Below, piece by piece: positions 1 through 10,461 of a stretch of DNA of 48,045 nucleotides. The first letter of the stretch is position 1, and the number at the start of each line of letters is the position of its first letter. The stretch covers positions 1-48,045 of the forward strand of contig CALMFQ010000362.1 in NCBI GenBank assembly GCA_937863215.1, given 5' to 3'. Origin of the DNA: an uncultured Pseudomonadota bacterium. GTDB lineage: Bacteria; Pseudomonadota; Gammaproteobacteria; Burkholderiales; SCOH01. The position numbers and the translations under genes were made by a program. The notes beneath the pieces are model-generated. The model was not told the DNA's origin, searched no databases, and saw nothing but the letters and a program-made list of their open reading frames with translations.

Positions 1-748
1 TACCCATATCGGCCAGCGATAAAGTGTTACGTGACAGAAATTCGCCCAGTGGCTTCAGCAGAGGATGCGCGCTGATTTCCTGCAGGATGCGACGCTGACC
101 ATCGTCGTCTTCATACTTAGCCACGTGCAGCGCGCCGTCCTTGTCGGTGTACCACTGCGGTTCGACGATTTTCACGCCATCGGCAATGATGGTCTGCAGC
201 ATCTGCTGCACCACCGCCACCGTTCCGGCCTGCAGGCCTGCGAATATCTCGGTCAGGTGTTTCGGATCGCGCTGTTCAAAAGCCGCATGGACAGTCATGA
301 ATAACTGCGTCTGCCGCACACAGCACGGCTGCGAGGCGCAGTAATCACGATCGACATCGCAGGTTTTGCAAAAGGCGTAGCCGTCAGGCTTCGAGGGGAA
401 ATACGTCGCCGTCTTGGCGTGCAACCCGGTCTTCATTGCATTGAAGCGGGTCCGCATCGCCTCTTCCGGTGTCGGATGGCCTGCCAGATTGGCTGCCGTT
501 GCGGCCTTTCCTTCTGGTGTCTTTGGCCCGGTCGACGATATCCAGGCACGCATCAACGCTCGATGCCAACCAGCCTGTGGCGTTGATTCATGGCAAATCG
601 GGCACGGCGCAAAATAGCGATATGGATGCCAGTCACACCCCGCATCGTCAACTACTTCCGTCGGCGCGGCATCAAACGTCCAGCGGCACGACCGGCAGTG
701 AAACGTGACCTCAGTCACGGGTTTGGATAAATCGCGGTTTTTGCCCAT
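1..748 (-). CDS. hypothetical Cys-rich protein with N-terminal zinc-ribbon-like CxxC / CPxC pairs (3' end lies outside window)
   Basis: Hand translation of the minus strand gives an open frame from ATG 748 (alt. GTG 718) to base 1 with no stop. It is absent from the ORF track because it is truncated. Sequence: MGKNRDLSKPVTEVTFHCRSCRW..YFAPCPICHEST..TPEGKAATAANLAGHPTPEEAMRTRFNAMKTGLHAKT..CKTCDVDRDYCASQPCC. No SD seen, start uncertain, family not recognised. Confidence 0.5.
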   Translation of the reverse strand, partial: MGKNRDLSKPVTEVTFHCRSCRWTFDAAPTEVVDDAGCDWHPYRYFAPCPICHESTPQAGWHRALMRAWISSTGPKTPEGKAATAANLAGHPTPEEAMRTRFNAMKTGLHAKTATYFPSKPDGYAFCKTCDVDRDYCASQPCCVRQTQLFMTVHAAFEQRDPKHLTEIFAGLQAGTVAVVQQMLQTIIADGVKIVEPQWYTDKDGALHVAKYEDDDGQRRILQEISAHPLLKPLGEFLSRNTLSLADMG

Positions 749-1003
749 GCTGCCGATAATGCGGCTGAGCAACAAGACAATAACAGGGGGGGAGCACGAC
801 TTAGGCCGATTTTTGCCGGGCCTTCACACAATCTGGAAGTTTGACGCGAATCTTCACGGTTCGCAGTAGCGCCCGGACGGGGAGCCAAACCTCCTGTAGT
901 ACACTCCAAAGTAAAATCGATCGAACAGGTCGCCTATAATGGGTCATTGGCAATTGCCGACTTGTTTTCCGCCTCTTCCCGTTGATCGATTGGCTCGTTT
1001 ACC

Positions 1004-4000
1004 GTGAATTTTTCCAAGCAATTGCTTCCGGACTGGATCGGACTTTTCGATCACTTTCCTGTCTGGGTCGAAACGATTATTGGCCAGATTGTTTATGTCA
1101 ATGACAGCTATCGGGATCGATACGGAGATGAGACTCCCGCTGTCATCGGCTCGCGCCGGGCAAATCCGCTGCAATTCTTCGGTGCGCGCCACGACGATCA
1201 CCGGCGTTTGCGTTCCGGTGACAATATTCGGGTTACGGTGGTGTCGTTTGCGCAGGAAATTCACGGCAATCATTTTTTCTGTCATATCGATTTGCCGGTG
1301 CAGGATGCCGACGCTGCCGGTTCCGGGGATCTTGAACAATTTCCGCTAGCGGCACTGAGCTTCGATTCCCGGCATTTACGTCTGAACCAGCGCTGGCTGG
1401 ATCTGTTCGGTTATCCGGCCGGCTTCTTCCAGAACCATCCACAATGGATCTCCTCGCTGTTTGGCCAGGCGGCAGATGAAATAGTGCAGCAGTCGCCGCA
1501 GCGGAACGACGATTCCGCTAGCTGGGTAGGCACCATTACGACTGCGGCAGGCGAATACCGCACGCTGGAAGTCTGGCGCAAGGTCGTAAATGGCCGCACC
1601 ACCCTGTTTGCCACCAATATCACAGCACAGGCGGAATTGCTGGAACGCCTGATTGACGAAAATGAACGCACCCGCTTGGCGCTTGCCGGCACCCAGATTG
1701 GTATCTGGGACTGGTTGACCGGGCAGGATATTGTCTGGCTATCGCCTGAATTGAATGGCTTGCTGGGATATCCGGCAATCTGGAGCCAGTCTGACTTCAA
1801 CGGGTTCCTCAATCTGTTTGCCATCGAAGAACAGCAGCAGATTGTCGATTATCTGGAAACCCATTTACGCCTGCAAACACCATTTGACCTGTCCTGCCGG
1901 CTACGGTTGCGCAGTGGCGAGGCGCGCTGGGTGCAACTGCGCGGGCAGTGCCAGCGCGACGCAGCCGGCAATGCGGTGCGCATGGCGGGCAGCATCGCCG
2001 ATATCTCCGAGCACCGGCAGGCCATGGCTGCGCTTGCCACCAGCGAGTCACAGCTGAATACCGCACAGCAAGTTGCGCACCTGGGCAACTGGGAGTGGCG
2101 GATGGCGGATGACAGCATGGGTTGGTCTGCAGCCATGTTTGCCTTGCACAACGTCCCGACCGGTAATGCCGCTCCCGCGATGGAAAGCTTCATCCGCCTG
2201 ATCTACCCTGCGGATCAGCCCCATGTCCGGACCCTGTTGCAGCAAGTGGTTTCCGGCCGGGAGGCAGGCTCGACCGAATACCGGGTAAGTAGTCGCGATG
2301 GCCGGTTACAGGATATCTGGTTGACCTGTTACCCGCATTTCAGTGGCCACGGTGAACTGCTTTCGCTGTACGGCACCGCTCAGGATATTTCCGAGCGCAA
2401 GCGCATCGAGCGCCAGATCGCCGGGGAAAAGCGCATTCTGGAAATGATCGCCGGCAGCCGCGACATTGCCGACAGTCTTGGCGAACTGTGCCTGGTGGTA
2501 GAAGAACAATTAATCGGCGCACACGCCTGCATTCAATTGCTGGATGAACAAGACCAGCAACTGATTTATGTCGCCGCCCCCAACCTGCCGGCAGAATTCC
2601 AGCGCGCCAGCGAGATCCTGCAAACCTCTCCCTACAGTGGCAGTTGTGCTGCGGCGGTAACGTTGCGGCGTACCGTCATTACCGAAGATATCGCCAGCGA
2701 CAGTGTCTGGTCGCGCGTGCGCTATCTGGCGTTGAATCACGGCCTGCGCGCATGCTGGGCAACGCCGATCCTGTCGAAGAGTGGCCGGATCGTCGGTGCG
2801 CTCGGGCTGTATTTCGAGGCCAGGCTCAATGCCAACGAATTTGAACGCAGCCTGCTGGAACGCATGGCGCAGCTAGCCGGAATCGCAATAGAAAACAACA
2901 CGGTAGAGCTGGCACTGAAACAGAGCGAGGAGCGCTGGCATTTTGCCCTGGAAGGCAGCCAGGATGGCGTATGGGATTGGCGCCTGGATAGCAACGAAGC
3001 CTATTATTCGCGCCGCTGCGAAGCCATTCTGGCAATGCCGGACGGCGAGCGGCTCGAATCGGAGCTAGGCCAGTGGCAGGCGCGCATTCATCCGGACGAC
3101 CGGCACCGGGTGGCAGGTGCCTACAACAACTATCTTGCCGGCCAGGGCGAACACTATGCGTGCGAATACCGGGTTCGTTGCCATGATGGCAACTATCGCT
3201 GGGTTCTGGTGCGCGGCAAGATCATCGGCCGCGATGACGACGGCAAACCCTTGCGCATCATTGGAACGCTAACCGACATTTCGGCGGCGAAACAAGCGGA
3301 AGAAGAGCTGCGGCTGAATGCGCAAGTGTTCGAAAGTGCCGGTGAAGGCATCCTGATTACCGATCGTTACAACCGGATCATTTCGGTGAATCAGGCCTTT
3401 TCAAAAATTACCGGCTACCTGCCGGACGAGGTGCTGGGAAGCAACCCGAGCCTGCTGGCATCCGGCCAGCATGACAAGGAGTTTTACCGCGAACTGTGGG
3501 CCACGCTGGCCGAACACGACTATTGGCAAGGCGAGATCTGGAACCGGCGCAAGAACGGTGAGCACTATCCGGAATGGCTCACGATTACCGTACTGCGCCG
3601 CCCGAGTGGCGAAATCGCCAACTACATCGCCACCTTTTCCGATCTGAGTGAGCGTAAACAGCAGGCCGAACATATCCAGTTCCTTGCCAACTTCGATTCG
3701 CTGACGCACTTGCCCAATCGCCTGCTGTTCAAGGATCGGGTCGAGCTGGCGATTGCCAGCGCACAGCGCCTCGGCACACAACTGGCGGTACTGGTAATCG
3801 ATCTGGACCGATTCAAGAATATCAACGACTCGCTTGGCCACCATGTGGGAGACCGCCTGCTACAGGAAACGGCATCACGCATCACGGCCACGCTGTCCGA
3901 AGTCGATACGTCGGCACGTCTGGGCGGAGATGAGTTCGTGATACTGCTGAACGACTTGCGTCAGCCCCAGGATGCGGTACCGGCTGCACGCCGCCTGCTG

Positions 4001-4987
4001 GAAGCCATTTCACGCCCCATTGCAGTTGAACAAAATGAGTTGCGTCTGACACCAAGTATTGGCATTGCCGTCTTCCCCGACGATGGCACCGACTTTGACA
4101 CACTGGTCAAGAATGCCGATGCCGCGATGTATCACGCCAAAGACAATGGACGCAACAATTACCAGTTCTTCACCGCCGGGCTGAACGCCCGGGTACTGGA
4201 ACAGCTGATACTGGAAAACGCACTGCGTCGTGCGCTTGAACGCCAGGAAATGGCAGTCTACTTCCAGCCGCAGTATCGGGTTGGCTCGGGCGAGATTGTC
4301 GGTGCGGAAGCGCTATTGCGCTGGCGTCATCCGGAACTGGGTATGGTGTCGCCGGCACGTTTTATTCCGGTTGCCGAAGACAGTGGGCTCATATCGCAAA
4401 TCAGCGAATGGGTATTGCAGTCCGTCTGCAATCACATCTGCACCTGGCGCGAGCACGGACTGGCTATTCCGCCGATTGCAATTAATATCTCGTCATCGCA
4501 ATTCCGCCAGCTGGATTTTGTTTCCGGGGTAATCGAAACGCTGGGGAGGTCCGGGATTGCGCCCGACCTGATCGAATTGGAGTTGACGGAAAGCATCCTG
4601 ATGCAGGATTTCGATATTGCCGTCGCCAATATGCGCCTGTTGCGTGCCAGCGGATTCCACCTGGCGATCGATGATTTCGGTACCGGCTACTCCAGTCTGA
4701 GCTATCTGAAACGTTTTCCCATTCACAAGCTCAAGATCGATCAGTCGTTTGTGCGAGAATTGCCGGGTGACAGCGACAGCGCTGCAATTACCGGCGCAAT
4801 CATCAATCTGGCGCACAACCTGCAGTTGAAAGTGATTGCCGAGGGCGTAGAAACCAGCGAGCAACTGGATTTTCTCGTGGCTCGCGGTTGTGACGAAATT
4901 CAGGGCTTTCTGTTCAGCAAACCACTACCGGCAGAGGATTTTTCCCGCCTGCTGGGCAACAAGCCCATTCAAGGAAATCGACAATGA
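1004..4987 (+). CDS. multidomain PAS/GAF sensor with GGDEF diguanylate cyclase and EAL phosphodiesterase domains
   Basis: 1327-aa ORF; the only in-frame start is GTG 1004. Repeated PAS-like segments (IGIWDWLTG.., GNWEWRMAD.., DGVWDWRLD..) and a GAF-like segment. Intact GGDEF (RLGGDEFVILL). EAL-domain motifs present (GAEALLRW, ELTES, DDFGTGYSSLSYL, KIDQSF, EGVET, QGFLFSKP). Confidence 0.93.
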   Translation: MNFSKQLLPDWIGLFDHFPVWVETIIGQIVYVNDSYRDRYGDETPAVIGSRRANPLQFFGARHDDHRRLRSGDNIRVTVVSFAQEIHGNHFFCHIDLPVQDADAAGSGDLEQFPLAALSFDSRHLRLNQRWLDLFGYPAGFFQNHPQWISSLFGQAADEIVQQSPQRNDDSASWVGTITTAAGEYRTLEVWRKVVNGRTTLFATNITAQAELLERLIDENERTRLALAGTQIGIWDWLTGQDIVWLSPELNGLLGYPAIWSQSDFNGFLNLFAIEEQQQIVDYLETHLRLQTPFDLSCRLRLRSGEARWVQLRGQCQRDAAGNAVRMAGSIADISEHRQAMAALATSESQLNTAQQVAHLGNWEWRMADDSMGWSAAMFALHNVPTGNAAPAMESFIRLIYPADQPHVRTLLQQVVSGREAGSTEYRVSSRDGRLQDIWLTCYPHFSGHGELLSLYGTAQDISERKRIERQIAGEKRILEMIAGSRDIADSLGELCLVVEEQLIGAHACIQLLDEQDQQLIYVAAPNLPAEFQRASEILQTSPYSGSCAAAVTLRRTVITEDIASDSVWSRVRYLALNHGLRACWATPILSKSGRIVGALGLYFEARLNANEFERSLLERMAQLAGIAIENNTVELALKQSEERWHFALEGSQDGVWDWRLDSNEAYYSRRCEAILAMPDGERLESELGQWQARIHPDDRHRVAGAYNNYLAGQGEHYACEYRVRCHDGNYRWVLVRGKIIGRDDDGKPLRIIGTLTDISAAKQAEEELRLNAQVFESAGEGILITDRYNRIISVNQAFSKITGYLPDEVLGSNPSLLASGQHDKEFYRELWATLAEHDYWQGEIWNRRKNGEHYPEWLTITVLRRPSGEIANYIATFSDLSERKQQAEHIQFLANFDSLTHLPNRLLFKDRVELAIASAQRLGTQLAVLVIDLDRFKNINDSLGHHVGDRLLQETASRITATLSEVDTSARLGGDEFVILLNDLRQPQDAVPAARRLLEAISRPIAVEQNELRLTPSIGIAVFPDDGTDFDTLVKNADAAMYHAKDNGRNNYQFFTAGLNARVLEQLILENALRRALERQEMAVYFQPQYRVGSGEIVGAEALLRWRHPELGMVSPARFIPVAEDSGLISQISEWVLQSVCNHICTWREHGLAIPPIAINISSSQFRQLDFVSGVIETLGRSGIAPDLIELELTESILMQDFDIAVANMRLLRASGFHLAIDDFGTGYSSLSYLKRFPIHKLKIDQSFVRELPGDSDSAAITGAIINLAHNLQLKVIAEGVETSEQLDFLVARGCDEIQGFLFSKPLPAEDFSRLLGNKPIQGNRQ

Positions 4988-6018
4988 ATCAGAACTGGAA
5001 TGCTTTTCTTGCCGAACATGGCGCCCAAATCGATGCCAACACAGTCGTTTCGTTTGGCGACCCGCAACGGGAATTGAAGGCTGCCGCGTCGCAAAGCGTG
5101 ATAGCCGATCTGAGCCAGTTCGGCCTGCTGCATTTCAGCGGCGACGACGCGCAACTGTTTCTCAACAACCTGCTTTCCAGCGACATCAAGCATCAGCAGC
5201 CTGGGCAAGCGCAATATTCATCGTTTTCGACCCCCAAAGGACGCATGCTGGCGAGCATGCTGGTGATCCGCTCCGAGTCCGGCTTCTTGATACAGTTACC
5301 GGCCAGCTTGCGTGAAGCGATGCAGCGCAAACTGTCGATGTATATTTTGCGCTCCAAGGTCAAAGTAGTGGACGCCGGTATCGATACCGCCCTGCTTGGC
5401 CTTGCCGGCCCGGACGCAGCGACAATGCTCAAGCAGTACTTTGGAACCGTACCAGCGCAGCCAATGGAAACGGTTTTCGCCGGCACAGCTGCCATCACCC
5501 AACTGGCGCCGGCCATGTTCCTGCTACATGCCAACATCGATACGGCACCGACTCTGTTCGCACAGATGCAACAGCAGGGCGCGATTCCGGTGGGTGAACC
5601 GGCGTGGCGCTGGCTGTCGCTACAAACCGGCTTTGCCTGGATTTATCCGGCAACCCAGGAGCAATTCGTTGCCCAGATGGCCAATATGGAACTGGTCGGA
5701 GCAGTCAGTTTCACCAAGGGATGCTACCCGGGGCAGGAAATTGTGGCGCGCATGCAGTATCTGGGTAAACTCAAGCGCCGCATGGCGCTGGTACATATTG
5801 ACTGCGATATTGCCGATGCACCGCCGGGGCGCGAACTATATAGCCCGGAGTTGCCGGGCCAGGCAATCGGCATGCTGGCCGACAGCGCCCCGTCTCCGGA
5901 AGGCGGCATCGATGCCCTGGCTGTGGTGCAGATCAGTTGTTGGGAACACGGCGTTACCCTTGGCGGCTCCGACGGACCGGCGCTGTCAGTGCGCCCTCTG
6001 CCCTACCCGGTTGCTTGA
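4984..6018 (+). CDS. ygfZ: YgfZ-family folate-binding protein (Fe-S cluster maintenance / tRNA modification)
   Basis: 344-aa ORF carrying the family signature KGCYPGQEIVARMQYLGKLKRR. The start ATG overlaps the upstream stop as ATGA. Confidence 0.85.
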   Translation: MNQNWNAFLAEHGAQIDANTVVSFGDPQRELKAAASQSVIADLSQFGLLHFSGDDAQLFLNNLLSSDIKHQQPGQAQYSSFSTPKGRMLASMLVIRSESGFLIQLPASLREAMQRKLSMYILRSKVKVVDAGIDTALLGLAGPDAATMLKQYFGTVPAQPMETVFAGTAAITQLAPAMFLLHANIDTAPTLFAQMQQQGAIPVGEPAWRWLSLQTGFAWIYPATQEQFVAQMANMELVGAVSFTKGCYPGQEIVARMQYLGKLKRRMALVHIDCDIADAPPGRELYSPELPGQAIGMLADSAPSPEGGIDALAVVQISCWEHGVTLGGSDGPALSVRPLPYPVA

Positions 6019-6035
6019 TTCTGGCCAGTAGCTAA

Positions 6036-6335
6036 ATGTGTGAGGTGTATGTTTATTACCGGCTTGATCCAGACTCGTGTCCACACGCGCTAATTGCCGC
6101 CCGGCAGGTGATCGCGGATATCGCGGCGGCAACCGGTATTGCCGGCCACCTGCTGGAAAAGCAGGGCCAGCCCGGGCTATTGATGGAGATTTATCGTGAC
6201 GTAAGCGATCCGGCGGTTTTTTGCCAGCTGTTGCAACGATTTGCGGCGGATCGCTTCCAAAAGCAAATGGCGATCCAGCCAGATCGCCATGTCGAAATAT
6301 TCCGTCACCTGCCCCCGGAAACTGCAATGCAGTAA
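6036..6335 (+). CDS. DUF4936-like small protein
   Basis: 99-aa ORF. The N-terminus MCEVYVYYRLDP.. and the ..LMEIYRDV.. / RHVEIF pattern resemble the DUF4936 family as I recall it. It lies 17 nt after ygfZ on the same strand. Confidence 0.6.
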   Translation: MCEVYVYYRLDPDSCPHALIAARQVIADIAAATGIAGHLLEKQGQPGLLMEIYRDVSDPAVFCQLLQRFAADRFQKQMAIQPDRHVEIFRHLPPETAMQ

Positions 6336-6349
6336 ACCGGGTTACCTCA

Positions 6350-6454
6350 TTACTTGTCAGCTTTTACCCGGACGAGCTTCAACCGCCCTGCCAAGTGATG
6401 ATGGCTGATTGCCAGCGCAAGGCCAGCGAGAACCACTTCAATGACAATATTCAT
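6350..6454 (-). CDS. candidate 34-aa single-TM micro-protein
   Basis: Hand-found ORF: ATG 6454 to TAA 6350, MNIVIEVVLAGLALAISHHHLAGRLKLVRVKADK. It starts 3 nt after the yjfB-like stop. AAGGTG lies 6 nt upstream of the ATG. Too short for the supplied track and no homology evidence. Confidence 0.25.
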   Translation of the reverse strand: MNIVIEVVLAGLALAISHHHLAGRLKLVRVKADK

Positions 6455-6457
6455 GCC

Positions 6458-6661
6458 TCACACCTTGATATCAACTTTGTTGCCCAGCTGCGGGGGATTG
6501 TTGTACTGGGGAGATTGTGGCGCAGCTACCGAATTCAATAGCTGGGTAACGCTGTCCGCCTGAATTTCGTTAGCCTTCTTGAGCGCATACACCCCGTTCT
6601 GGGAGGTTGCTGCTGCAGAACTTACACCGCTGGTTGCATCCATCGCCAACTCCTTCGACAC
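6458..6661 (-). CDS. YjfB-family putative motility protein
   Basis: 67-aa ORF. The segment ..TSQNGVYALKKANEIQADSVTQLLNSV.. matches the YjfB_motility pattern (..vsvLKKaldtq...a.qLl..). Confidence 0.6.
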   Translation of the reverse strand: MSKELAMDATSGVSSAAATSQNGVYALKKANEIQADSVTQLLNSVAAPQSPQYNNPPQLGNKVDIKV

Positions 6662-6733
6662 ATAAAGCAGTTCAAGTCAAGATTTACCGGAACGTGAACT
6701 GAGTATAGCCGGCAACGCTCCGCATTGCCACAA

Positions 6734-7761
<1,028 letters not shown>

Positions 7762-7789
7762 TCAACGTTTTTCTGTTCATTCGCGGCAG

Positions 7790-8260
7790 CTATTTGCAGT
7801 CTTTCTCCAGGCGCTGACGCGAATCGTTCAGTGCCTTGTTACGCTGTTCCTGATCGAGATAATAGCGCTGTCCATCCTTGCCATAATCGAACAGTTGCAT
7901 GCCCGATTCCACGTCTGCCAGCCGCGCGCGCGAACGTTCGCATTCAGCCTTGCGGGCCTCTTTCTGTTTGGCTTCGTCTGCTTGCTTCTTTTCTCCTTCA
8001 AGACGCTCGCTGCGGCGCTTCTTGAATTCGAGATCCCGCTCCAGCAGAGATGGAGTCTTGCCGGGCGCGGTGGACGGTGTCGATTTTATCGATTCCGGAG
8101 GACGGATATTTTCCTTGACGGCTTTTTCGCCCGGCGGCGGCTGGTCGCCAAAATGCACATTCCCCGCCTTATCCACCCATTTATATACTTCAGCCGACGC
8201 TGAGCCTGCCAATGTCGCCGCCGCAAGCATCAGCAACATACCCGATCTGCCACTACGCAT
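7790..8260 (-). CDS. DUF4124 domain protein (exported, coiled-coil C-terminus)
   Basis: MRSGRSGMLLMLAAATLAGSASAEVYKWVDKAGNVHFGDQPP shows a signal peptide plus the DUF4124 signature. GGAG lies 6 nt upstream of ATG 8260. The 626-aa track ORF is this gene fused in frame to the antisense of guaB. Confidence 0.75.
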   Translation of the reverse strand: MRSGRSGMLLMLAAATLAGSASAEVYKWVDKAGNVHFGDQPPPGEKAVKENIRPPESIKSTPSTAPGKTPSLLERDLEFKKRRSERLEGEKKQADEAKQKEARKAECERSRARLADVESGMQLFDYGKDGQRYYLDQEQRNKALNDSRQRLEKDCK

Positions 8261-8320
8261 GGACAACTCCAGCCTGTTAGATGATCCAAGCATAGCAAAA
8301 ATTTTGTTGCAATCGTTGAC

Positions 8321-8350
8321 TTTACTTGGTTTTGCCTGTGCAGGTATAAT
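8321..8350 (+). promoter_or_regulatory. candidate sigma70 promoter of guaB
   Basis: TTTACT (8321-8326), an 18-nt spacer, then perfect TATAAT (8345-8350), 25 nt upstream of the guaB ATG. Sequence match only. Confidence 0.35.
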
Positions 8351-8374
8351 TTTCATTTGCCGCAAGGAATCATA

Positions 8375-9835
8375 ATGCGTGTGATCCAAAAAGCGCTCAC
8401 TTTCGACGACGTTCTGCTTGTTCCTGCACACTCCTCTGTTCTGCCTCGCGACGTAACACTCGCAACCCGCCTGACTCGCGATATCACCCTGAATACCCCG
8501 TTGGTGTCCGCTGCCATGGATACCGTAACCGAAGCTGGTCTGGCGATTGCCATTGCCCAGGAAGGCGGTATCGGCATCGTGCACAAGAATATGTCGGCCA
8601 AGGCCCAGGCTGCCGAGGTATCCAAGGTCAAGCGCTTTGAAAGCGGCGTGGTGAAAGACCCGATTACCATTCCACCGACCATGAGTGTTGCGGAAGTCTT
8701 GGCGTTGACGCGCCAGCATCGCATTTCCGGTCTGCCGGTGGTTGAGGATGGCAAAGTGGTGGGCATCGTCACCAACCGCGATTTGCGTTTCGAATCCAAT
8801 CTGGCGCAGCCGGTAGCGAAAATCATGACGCCGCGCGAGCGACTGGTGACCATCAAGGAAGGCGCCAGCAGCGACGAAGCGCGGCAGCTGATGCATCAAC
8901 ACCGTCTGGAACGTGTGCTGGTGATCAACGATGCTTTCGAGCTCAAAGGACTGGTGACGGTCAAGGACATCATCAAAACCGTTGAACACCCGAATGCCTG
9001 CAAGGATCAGCAAGGTCGCCTGCGCGTCGGCGCGGCAGTCGGCGTCGGAGCCGGCACCGAGGAGCGCGTGGCGCTGCTGGTCGAGGCTGGTGTTGACGTC
9101 GTCGTGGTAGATACCGCACATGGTCATTCGCAAGGCGTGATCGACCGGGTGCGCTGGGTCAAGCAGAATTTCCCGCAGGTGCAGGTCATCGGCGGCAATA
9201 TCGCTACCGCTGCGGCAGCGCTGGCGCTGGTCGAAGCCGGCGCCGATGCAGTCAAGGTCGGCATTGGCCCGGGGTCGATCTGCACAACCCGTATCGTGGC
9301 CGGTGTCGGCGTACCGCAGATCACTGCCGTTGATAACGTCTCCACCGCGTTGCGCGGCACCGGCGTGCCGATGATTGCCGATGGCGGCATCCGCTTCTCC
9401 GGCGACATTGCCAAGGCGATTGCTGCCGGTGCGGATGCGGTGATGCTGGGTGGTCTGTTTGCCGGCACGGAAGAAGCTCCGGGCGAAACGGTGCTGTTCC
9501 AGGGCCGCTCGTACAAGAGCTATCGCGGCATGGGCTCGCTGGGTGCGATGCAACAGGGTTCCAGCGATCGTTATTTCCAGGACAACGAAGCCAACGCTGA
9601 CAAGCTGGTACCGGAAGGTGTCGAAGGCCGTGTACCGTACAAGGGCAGTGTGGTGGCGGTAATCCACCAACTGATGGGCGGCCTGCGCTCAAGTATGGGC
9701 TATCTTGGCTGTGCATCGATTGCCGACATGCATGCCAAGGCGGAATTTGTGGAAATCACCGCTGCCGGCATTCGCGAATCGCATGTACACGATGTGCAAA
9801 TCACCAAGGAAGCGCCGAACTATCACATTGATTGA
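8375..9835 (+). CDS. guaB: IMP dehydrogenase
   Basis: [21 protein letters not shown]-terminus, a CBS pair, and the catalytic loop [18 protein letters not shown] precedes ATG 8375, which is internal to the track ORF. Confidence 0.97.
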   Translation: MRVIQKALTFDDVLLVPAHSSVLPRDVTLATRLTRDITLNTPLVSAAMDTVTEAGLAIAIAQEGGIGIVHKNMSAKAQAAEVSKVKRFESGVVKDPITIPPTMSVAEVLALTRQHRISGLPVVEDGKVVGIVTNRDLRFESNLAQPVAKIMTPRERLVTIKEGASSDEARQLMHQHRLERVLVINDAFELKGLVTVKDIIKTVEHPNACKDQQGRLRVGAAVGVGAGTEERVALLVEAGVDVVVVDTAHGHSQGVIDRVRWVKQNFPQVQVIGGNIATAAAALALVEAGADAVKVGIGPGSICTTRIVAGVGVPQITAVDNVSTALRGTGVPMIADGGIRFSGDIAKAIAAGADAVMLGGLFAGTEEAPGETVLFQGRSYKSYRGMGSLGAMQQGSSDRYFQDNEANADKLVPEGVEGRVPYKGSVVAVIHQLMGGLRSSMGYLGCASIADMHAKAEFVEITAAGIRESHVHDVQITKEAPNYHID

Positions 9836-9856
9836 CGGTCGGCCGTCGCCAGATAC

Positions 9857-9889
9857 AAAAAAGCCGGTCGGAACTGACCGGCTTTTTTA
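9857..9889 (+). terminator. rho-independent terminator after guaB
   Basis: aaaaaagccggtc-ggaact-gaccggctttttt: a GC-rich stem followed by a T-run and preceded by an A-run, so potentially bidirectional. Confidence 0.85.
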
Positions 9890-10121
9890 CTGCCGGGAAC
9901 GTTGAATATATCGTTAGAGGCTATTCACGATTTTGCTGCGCAGCCCTGATCGGGGCTCATGTGCAGCTCAAGGCACACAAGGTACGCCCGGTTCCTGCCT
10001 CGCTGCACTCGGCAAGAACTTGGGGCAGCATTCATTTACTCCAGCAAACTCCGGTTAACCAGCTACTTGGCAATGGATTGGCCAGGCCAGGCGCTGCTCG
10101 CGGCAGATCGTGAACAGCCTT

Positions 10122-10442
10122 TTAGAGATGCAATAGCCACAGACGCAAACGTTCGTTCTGTTCGTCGGTCAGATATCCGGCCATGCGCAGGCCGTAAGCC
10201 AGGCCGGAAATGAATTGTTTTTGCCTGGAGCGCTCACGTTCATCCTGCCCCGGTTGTATTTCCGTTACATAACGGATTAATTGCTGGCGCGCAAATTCAG
10301 GCTCATAACGCGCCTGTTTCTGGCGATCGCGGAATTCCCGAATACGCTGGGCACCGCTCTTGGCGCGTCCGGTTGAGGGGCGCCCACGGCGGCGCAAGGG
10401 CATGGCGGCAACGGGGTTGCTATGCTGGTTGGCTGGGTGCAT
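10122..10442 (-). CDS. orphan small basic protein, function unknown
   Basis: 106-aa ORF with a very basic N-terminus (PLRRRGRPSTGRAKSGAQRIREFRDRQKQ). It is the only plausible gene in the 925-bp guaB to radical-SAM gap. SD is weak and no family was recognised. Confidence 0.5.
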   Translation of the reverse strand: MHPANQHSNPVAAMPLRRRGRPSTGRAKSGAQRIREFRDRQKQARYEPEFARQQLIRYVTEIQPGQDERERSRQKQFISGLAYGLRMAGYLTDEQNERLRLWLLHL

Positions 10443-10449
10443 TGTTTTC

Positions 10450-10461
10450 CGTTACGTAACG
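10450..10461. promoter_or_regulatory. perfect 12-bp palindrome CGTTACGTAACG next to the start codon of the orphan ORF
   Basis: Read directly: the palindrome lies 8 nt upstream of ATG 10442 (minus strand). A related inverted repeat, TCCGTTA-ca-TAACGGA, sits inside the ORF at 10261-10276. Confidence 0.3.

Noticed and set aside
786-792. G7 homopolymer in the divergent promoter region, considered as a phase-variation tract.
   Set aside because: It is too short for reliable slipped-strand switching and is not positioned between recognisable -35/-10 elements.
7790-9670. 626-aa minus-strand ORF spanning the region opposite guaB.
   Set aside because: Only its last ~156 codons (the DUF4124 protein, with its own SD and signal peptide) look real. 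The rest is an antisense shadow of guaB with low-complexity R/A/H/D-rich translation.
9891-10121. Searched for a tRNA, a tRNA fragment (att site) or a known ncRNA in the gap after guaB.
   Set aside because: No T-loop (GTTCRANYC) with flanking stems, no acceptor/CCA architecture, and no motif I can match to a known RNA family. Only generic hairpins are present.
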